DNA of 59,031 nt from Candidatus Omnitrophota bacterium (GTDB taxonomy: Bacteria > Omnitrophota > Gorgyraeia > B26-G9), in the NCBI GenBank assembly GCA_043826565.1, contig JBDRPX010000003.1, positions 147,293-206,323 of the forward strand, written 5' to 3'. This document shows, in pieces, positions 55,373 to 59,031 of the stretch; position 1 is the first letter of the stretch; every line of letters begins with the position of its first letter. The notes under the pieces are model-generated. The model had not been told where the DNA came from, ran no database searches, and worked only from the letters and a program-made list of their open reading frames with translations. A program made the position numbers and the translations under genes.

Positions 55373-55472
55373 TGTAATCTATATTATATTTAATTCATCT
55401 TTCAATTCAAAGATATATTTTAAGGGCGATAAAAGAGGGATTTGTTTTTGACGAGAGATTCTGATTTTTTTC

Positions 55473-55501
55473 TTGACAAAAAAGTAACTTTGTAATATCA
55501 T
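55473..55501 (+). promoter_or_regulatory. Sigma70 promoter of the PilZ gene
   Basis: TTGACA-N17-TATCAT; AAGGAG RBS downstream. Confidence 0.65.
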
Positions 55502-55529
55502 AAGTACCATGGGTGAAAGGAGTAGGGTT

Positions 55530-55943
55530 ATGAATAACACAAGGATGGTGTTTGAACGTAGGTGTGCTATGCGCACGAGTTTTGATCTGGCTGTAAAGCT
55601 TAAACAGGTTAAGGAAGATTTCTCTGCAAAAATCCACAATTCTTTTTCCAAGGATTTAAGTGAAACCGGAATTCAGTTGTCATCTTTTTATTTCTATCCA
55701 GTTAATTCTCGAATCATGTTAGAAACAGCGCTGCTTAAAGATGCTGAGCCGGTAACAATTGTGGGAAAAGTAGTATGGATTGAACAGTTTCCTTACCAAG
55801 AGCGTTATAAGGTAGGGGTTGAATTTGTCGATTTAAGCCAAGAGATTCAACTGCAATTAAGAGATAGCGTATTACAATGCCAAAGGCTTGAGAAACTTCC
55901 TGTCCAAGGTGAAAGTTTATGCAATATTTCTTATAATAATTAA
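55530..55943 (+). CDS. PilZ-domain c-di-GMP receptor
   Basis: RRCAMR (RxxxR), DLSETG (DxSxxG), GKVVW, GVEF. Confidence 0.88.
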   Translation: MNNTRMVFERRCAMRTSFDLAVKLKQVKEDFSAKIHNSFSKDLSETGIQLSSFYFYPVNSRIMLETALLKDAEPVTIVGKVVWIEQFPYQERYKVGVEFVDLSQEIQLQLRDSVLQCQRLEKLPVQGESLCNISYNN

Positions 55944-56011
55944 TCGATAATTTATCCTGCATTTAATGTTTATCAGAGAAGGTGTGTCTTTTTTTCTCCT
56001 CTCGGGACTGG

Positions 56012-56040
56012 TTGACATTACTATCCTGTTGTGATATAGT
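56012..56040 (+). promoter_or_regulatory. Sigma70 promoter of bamD-lptE-holA
   Basis: TTGACA-N17-TATAGT with extended TG. Confidence 0.7.
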
Positions 56041-56069
56041 TGTACCCACCTGAAAGGATAAAAAAGGAT

Positions 56070-56981
56070 ATGAAAAAGAAAGTTTTATTTGTAATAATAT
56101 TACTAATTCTTACCGCTCAAAATTGTTTTGGCTATTGGATTTGGTCTCCGAAAACAGGTAAATGGATCAATCCAACCTATAAAGTATTTGATACTCCCCA
56201 AGAACAGTTTGAATGGGCAAAACGCTATTTTGATGAAAATGATTACAAAAAAGCGGTTTTTGAATTCAAAAAAGTATTAAATAAATTTCCTAAAACCGAG
56301 TATGCTCCGGAAGCTAAATATTATATCGGTATTTGCGAAGAAAAACGTGGTAAACACTATAAGGCTTTTTTAACATATCAATCGGTTATTGAAATTTACC
56401 CGTTAAATGACCGCTTGGAGGAAATCGTCGAAAGGCAGTATCTTATTGGCGAAATATTTTTTGGCCGAAAGAATTATGAAAGAGCCCAGGAAATTTTTGA
56501 AAAATCTATATTAAATTCCCCTTATAGCAAAGTATCTGACGTAGCTCAGTATAAAATTGGGCTATGTTTACTGCGCATGCGGCAGTTTGATGAGGCCCGC
56601 GATGAATTCAATAAAGTTCTCGATGCATATTCATTTAGCCTTAATATCGATGATGCTAGTTTTAATGCGGCAATTTGTTCTTTTAAGCTTTCCTCTCTTA
56701 TTAAAGATTATGATGTCGAATTGTTGGATAGAGCGCAGGAAGATCTGAGTAGTTTTCTTCGAAGATTTCCCACGAGCGAATATGTGCCGCAAGCAGAAAG
56801 CTTATTGAATAAGATTATCAGCAAGAAAGCGGAAAAACTTTATCGAACCGCGTGTTTTTATGAGAAACAACACAAAACTTACGCGGCGATGAAATACTAT
56901 GAAGAGCTAATGTATTTTTACGAGCAGACGGGTTGGGCGCAACAGGCTAAGCCGAAACTTGACCGGCTTCGGAATAAATAA
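56070..56981 (+). CDS. bamD: TPR protein, outer membrane assembly factor BamD-like
   Basis: Signal peptide; TPRs; FLRRFPTSEY and FYEK...AAMKYY BamD-like C-terminus. Confidence 0.75.
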   Translation: MKKKVLFVIILLILTAQNCFGYWIWSPKTGKWINPTYKVFDTPQEQFEWAKRYFDENDYKKAVFEFKKVLNKFPKTEYAPEAKYYIGICEEKRGKHYKAFLTYQSVIEIYPLNDRLEEIVERQYLIGEIFFGRKNYERAQEIFEKSILNSPYSKVSDVAQYKIGLCLLRMRQFDEARDEFNKVLDAYSFSLNIDDASFNAAICSFKLSSLIKDYDVELLDRAQEDLSSFLRRFPTSEYVPQAESLLNKIISKKAEKLYRTACFYEKQHKTYAAMKYYEELMYFYEQTGWAQQAKPKLDRLRNK

Positions 56982-56983
56982 TT

Positions 56984-57487
56984 GTGAAAATAAATAAATT
57001 ATCCTACATCCTATATATTGTTTTTATTTTTATCCAGGGATGTGGATATACGACCAAAGCAAATTTTTTACCTACCCATATTAAATCGGTATATATTGAA
57101 ACATTTAAGAATAATACCGATCAGCCAAATTTAGAAAATGAATTTCGTACAAAAATGATCGCTACGGTCCAGGATGACGGTAATTTAATAATTGTTTCTG
57201 CGGATGAGGCGGATACTGTTTTAAAAGGGCAGATAATCAATTATTACCGTCAGGGATTACGCTATTCAAACGATGACGCTATCCGTGAGTATCGTTTGGG
57301 GATCGTAACGAGTTTTGAGTTTATCGATAATTCAACGGATAAGGCTATTGTTAAAGATCCCAGTTTTGCCGGAGACACGACTTTTTACGTGACCGGTACT
57401 TTATTAACTTCAGAGGATAATGCCCGAAAAGACGCGCTTAATGACCTCGCAACGCGAATGCTAAATAAAATACTTACGCTATGGTAA
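56984..57487 (+). CDS. lptE: LPS assembly lipoprotein LptE
   Basis: Lipobox QGCGY; LPTHIKSVYI; upstream of holA. Confidence 0.8.
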   Translation: MKINKLSYILYIVFIFIQGCGYTTKANFLPTHIKSVYIETFKNNTDQPNLENEFRTKMIATVQDDGNLIIVSADEADTVLKGQIINYYRQGLRYSNDDAIREYRLGIVTSFEFIDNSTDKAIVKDPSFAGDTTFYVTGTLLTSEDNARKDALNDLATRMLNKILTLW

Positions 57488-58482
57488 AATCCTTAACCTA
57501 TTGGGATGTTAAATCACATATAAAATCGGGGAAGATAGCGGGGGTATACTTATTTTCCGGCGAAGAAATATTCCTAATACGTTCAATTGAGGAAGAAATT
57601 AAAAATTCTCTTGTCCCCAAAGAATCTGTGCATTTTAACTTTGATGTTTTTTTCGCTGAAGAAGCTAATTTTGTGTCTGTATTAGATAGTGTTAAAACCC
57701 TGCCGTTTATGTCTGCGAAAAGAATGATCATCGTAAAAAATGTTGAAAAATTTTCTTCCTTTGAAGAGGAACTAATAACTTTTTTAAGCACTTCTGTTAA
57801 TAATGTCTGCCTGATACTGGAAACAAATAAAAAACTTGAAGACAAATTCATAAAGAAAATTGCTAAATATGCAATTCCGGTTGCCTTCCCGCGTCTGCAG
57901 GGAGTTGGTCTGAGAAAGTGGGTTGCTGATTACGTTTTAAATAATGGAAAAAGAATTGCTCCCGGTGCTGTCGAATTATTAATTGAAAATGCCGGCATAG
58001 AGTTGGATGCTTTGATAAATTCCCTGGATAAGCTTTGTACTTACTCCCTGGAGGAAAAAACGATATCAGAAGCGAGTGTCGAGGCTCTGGTCGGAAAAAC
58101 TACGACGGATACAAGATTTGCTTTAGTAGACGCTTTAGTGCAGAAGAAAGCAGATCGTGCCTTAATAATTGCTAATGAGCTTTCCCGGGATGGTAAACAG
58201 GCAACGGATATAATCGGGTTAATCAATTGGCAGTTAAAGAGAATTGAATCTGTTAAACAATTAGCGCAAAAGGGTTGTTCACAAGAAACAATGTCGCGAA
58301 AACTTAAAATGAGCCCGTATATCGTCAACATTGTTAAAAAACAGGCGGCTCGGTTTAGTTTTCGCGAATTAGATAAGGATTTGAGGCTTTTACTTGATTC
58401 TGATATCGCCATTAAACAGGGGCTTAAGCCCCCGTTATTGGCGTTGGAAACATTGATTGTTCGAATTTGTACTGAAAAATAG
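57481..58482 (+). CDS. holA: DNA polymerase III delta subunit
   Basis: YLFSGEE, TLPFMS, LDKL, DIAIKQG; position next to lptE and rpsT. Confidence 0.9.
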   Translation: MVKSLTYWDVKSHIKSGKIAGVYLFSGEEIFLIRSIEEEIKNSLVPKESVHFNFDVFFAEEANFVSVLDSVKTLPFMSAKRMIIVKNVEKFSSFEEELITFLSTSVNNVCLILETNKKLEDKFIKKIAKYAIPVAFPRLQGVGLRKWVADYVLNNGKRIAPGAVELLIENAGIELDALINSLDKLCTYSLEEKTISEASVEALVGKTTTDTRFALVDALVQKKADRALIIANELSRDGKQATDIIGLINWQLKRIESVKQLAQKGCSQETMSRKLKMSPYIVNIVKKQAARFSFRELDKDLRLLLDSDIAIKQGLKPPLLALETLIVRICTEK

Positions 58483-58487
58483 TTTTT

Positions 58488-58805
58488 TTACGCTGCTTTT
58501 TTTGCCGCTTTTGCCGCAGTTTTTGCGGAGGGTTTCTTAGCCGCGGAAAGTTTATTAATTCTCTTCATATAGCGGGATTTCTTGCGCGAAGCGTTTTTCT
58601 TATGAATTATTCCTTTTGACGCGGCTTTATCGACACTTGCGGCGAATTTATTAATCTCTGCTTTAATTTTGCCCAGGTCTTTTTCCTCAATCACGGCAAT
58701 CATCTTTTTTTCCGCAGTTCTTAACGCTTTTTTGCGCGCTATATTCTGTAATTGTTTCTTTTTCGATTTTTTAAGATCTTTTATCGCTGATTTTTTTGAA
58801 GGCAT
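58488..58805 (-). CDS. rpsT: 30S ribosomal protein S20 with Lys/Ala-rich tail
   Basis: MPSKKSAIK, DKAASKGIIHKKNASRKKSR; AAGGAG RBS; start moved to 58805. Confidence 0.92.
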   Translation of the reverse strand: MPSKKSAIKDLKKSKKKQLQNIARKKALRTAEKKMIAVIEEKDLGKIKAEINKFAASVDKAASKGIIHKKNASRKKSRYMKRINKLSAAKKPSAKTAAKAAKKAA

Positions 58806-58837
58806 GAACTTTTCTCCTTTCTTAATGAATTTGTAAG

Positions 58838-58867
58838 AATATACCATAGACCTAAGCGATTTGTCAA
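58838..58867 (-). promoter_or_regulatory. rpsT promoter
   Basis: Minus strand TTGACA-N18-TATATT with extended TG. Confidence 0.6.
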
Positions 58868-59031
58868 GAAATTTATGGGGAAAATCTATAACAAGTGAAT
58901 TGTAACTCATAGTGCGACATTGTCAAGATTTTGATCACTGTTATTTTGAAAATGCTCTTTTACCATTTGCTTCGCTGTCTTATAACCATGAATTTTTCTC
59001 GGATAATTATTTATCCATTTTTCGATTTTTT

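Noticed and set aside
1574-58412. Numerous short antisense or out-of-frame ORFs in the track (e.g. 30157-30630, 48896-49387, 31638-32039)
   Set aside because: They are shadows of well-supported genes and carry no recognisable motifs.

Overview
AT-rich bacterial chromosome segment, mostly + strand, from a diderm bacterium (BamD, LptE, AsmA-like, lgt/lspA). Gene content suggests the PVC superphylum, possibly Omnitrophota; that placement is inference only. From left to right: (1) 1-6.6 kb is a radical SAM-rich accessory locus with two B12-binding rSAMs, a twin-arginine-tagged AmmeMemoRadiSam-type rSAM and a methyltransferase. It ends with an unannotated 27-aa ORF (5029-5112) that has its own promoter and RBS and converges on an RRE/SPASM-type peptide-maturase rSAM, making a candidate new RiPP system. 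(2) Two GT2 glycosyltransferases and an O-antigen-ligase/TPR gene. (3) A dcw cluster from mraZ to ftsA with no ftsZ. In its place is a c-di-GMP/two-component block (REC-HD-GYP, PilT-like ATPase, rSAM, heme-c sensor kinase, second kinase, REC, REC-GAF-GGDEF), followed by yggS-proC-ileS-dksA/traR-lspA-lgt-rluD. (4) CheC-like, nuclease, superinfection-immunity, HEAT, LD-transpeptidase, accA, bioY and nnrE genes, then an sxtI/J/K-like carbamoyltransferase trio. (5) Envelope genes (lipoprotein, AsmA-like, PilZ, bamD, lptE), holA and rpsT. Intergenic spacers carry GTAG-type REP hairpins and 7-nt-periodic, often inverted, repeat arrays; one array is interrupted by a 73-nt structured insert. No rRNA, tRNA, CRISPR array or transposase was recognised. 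All calls come from reading motifs by eye, with no database searches.
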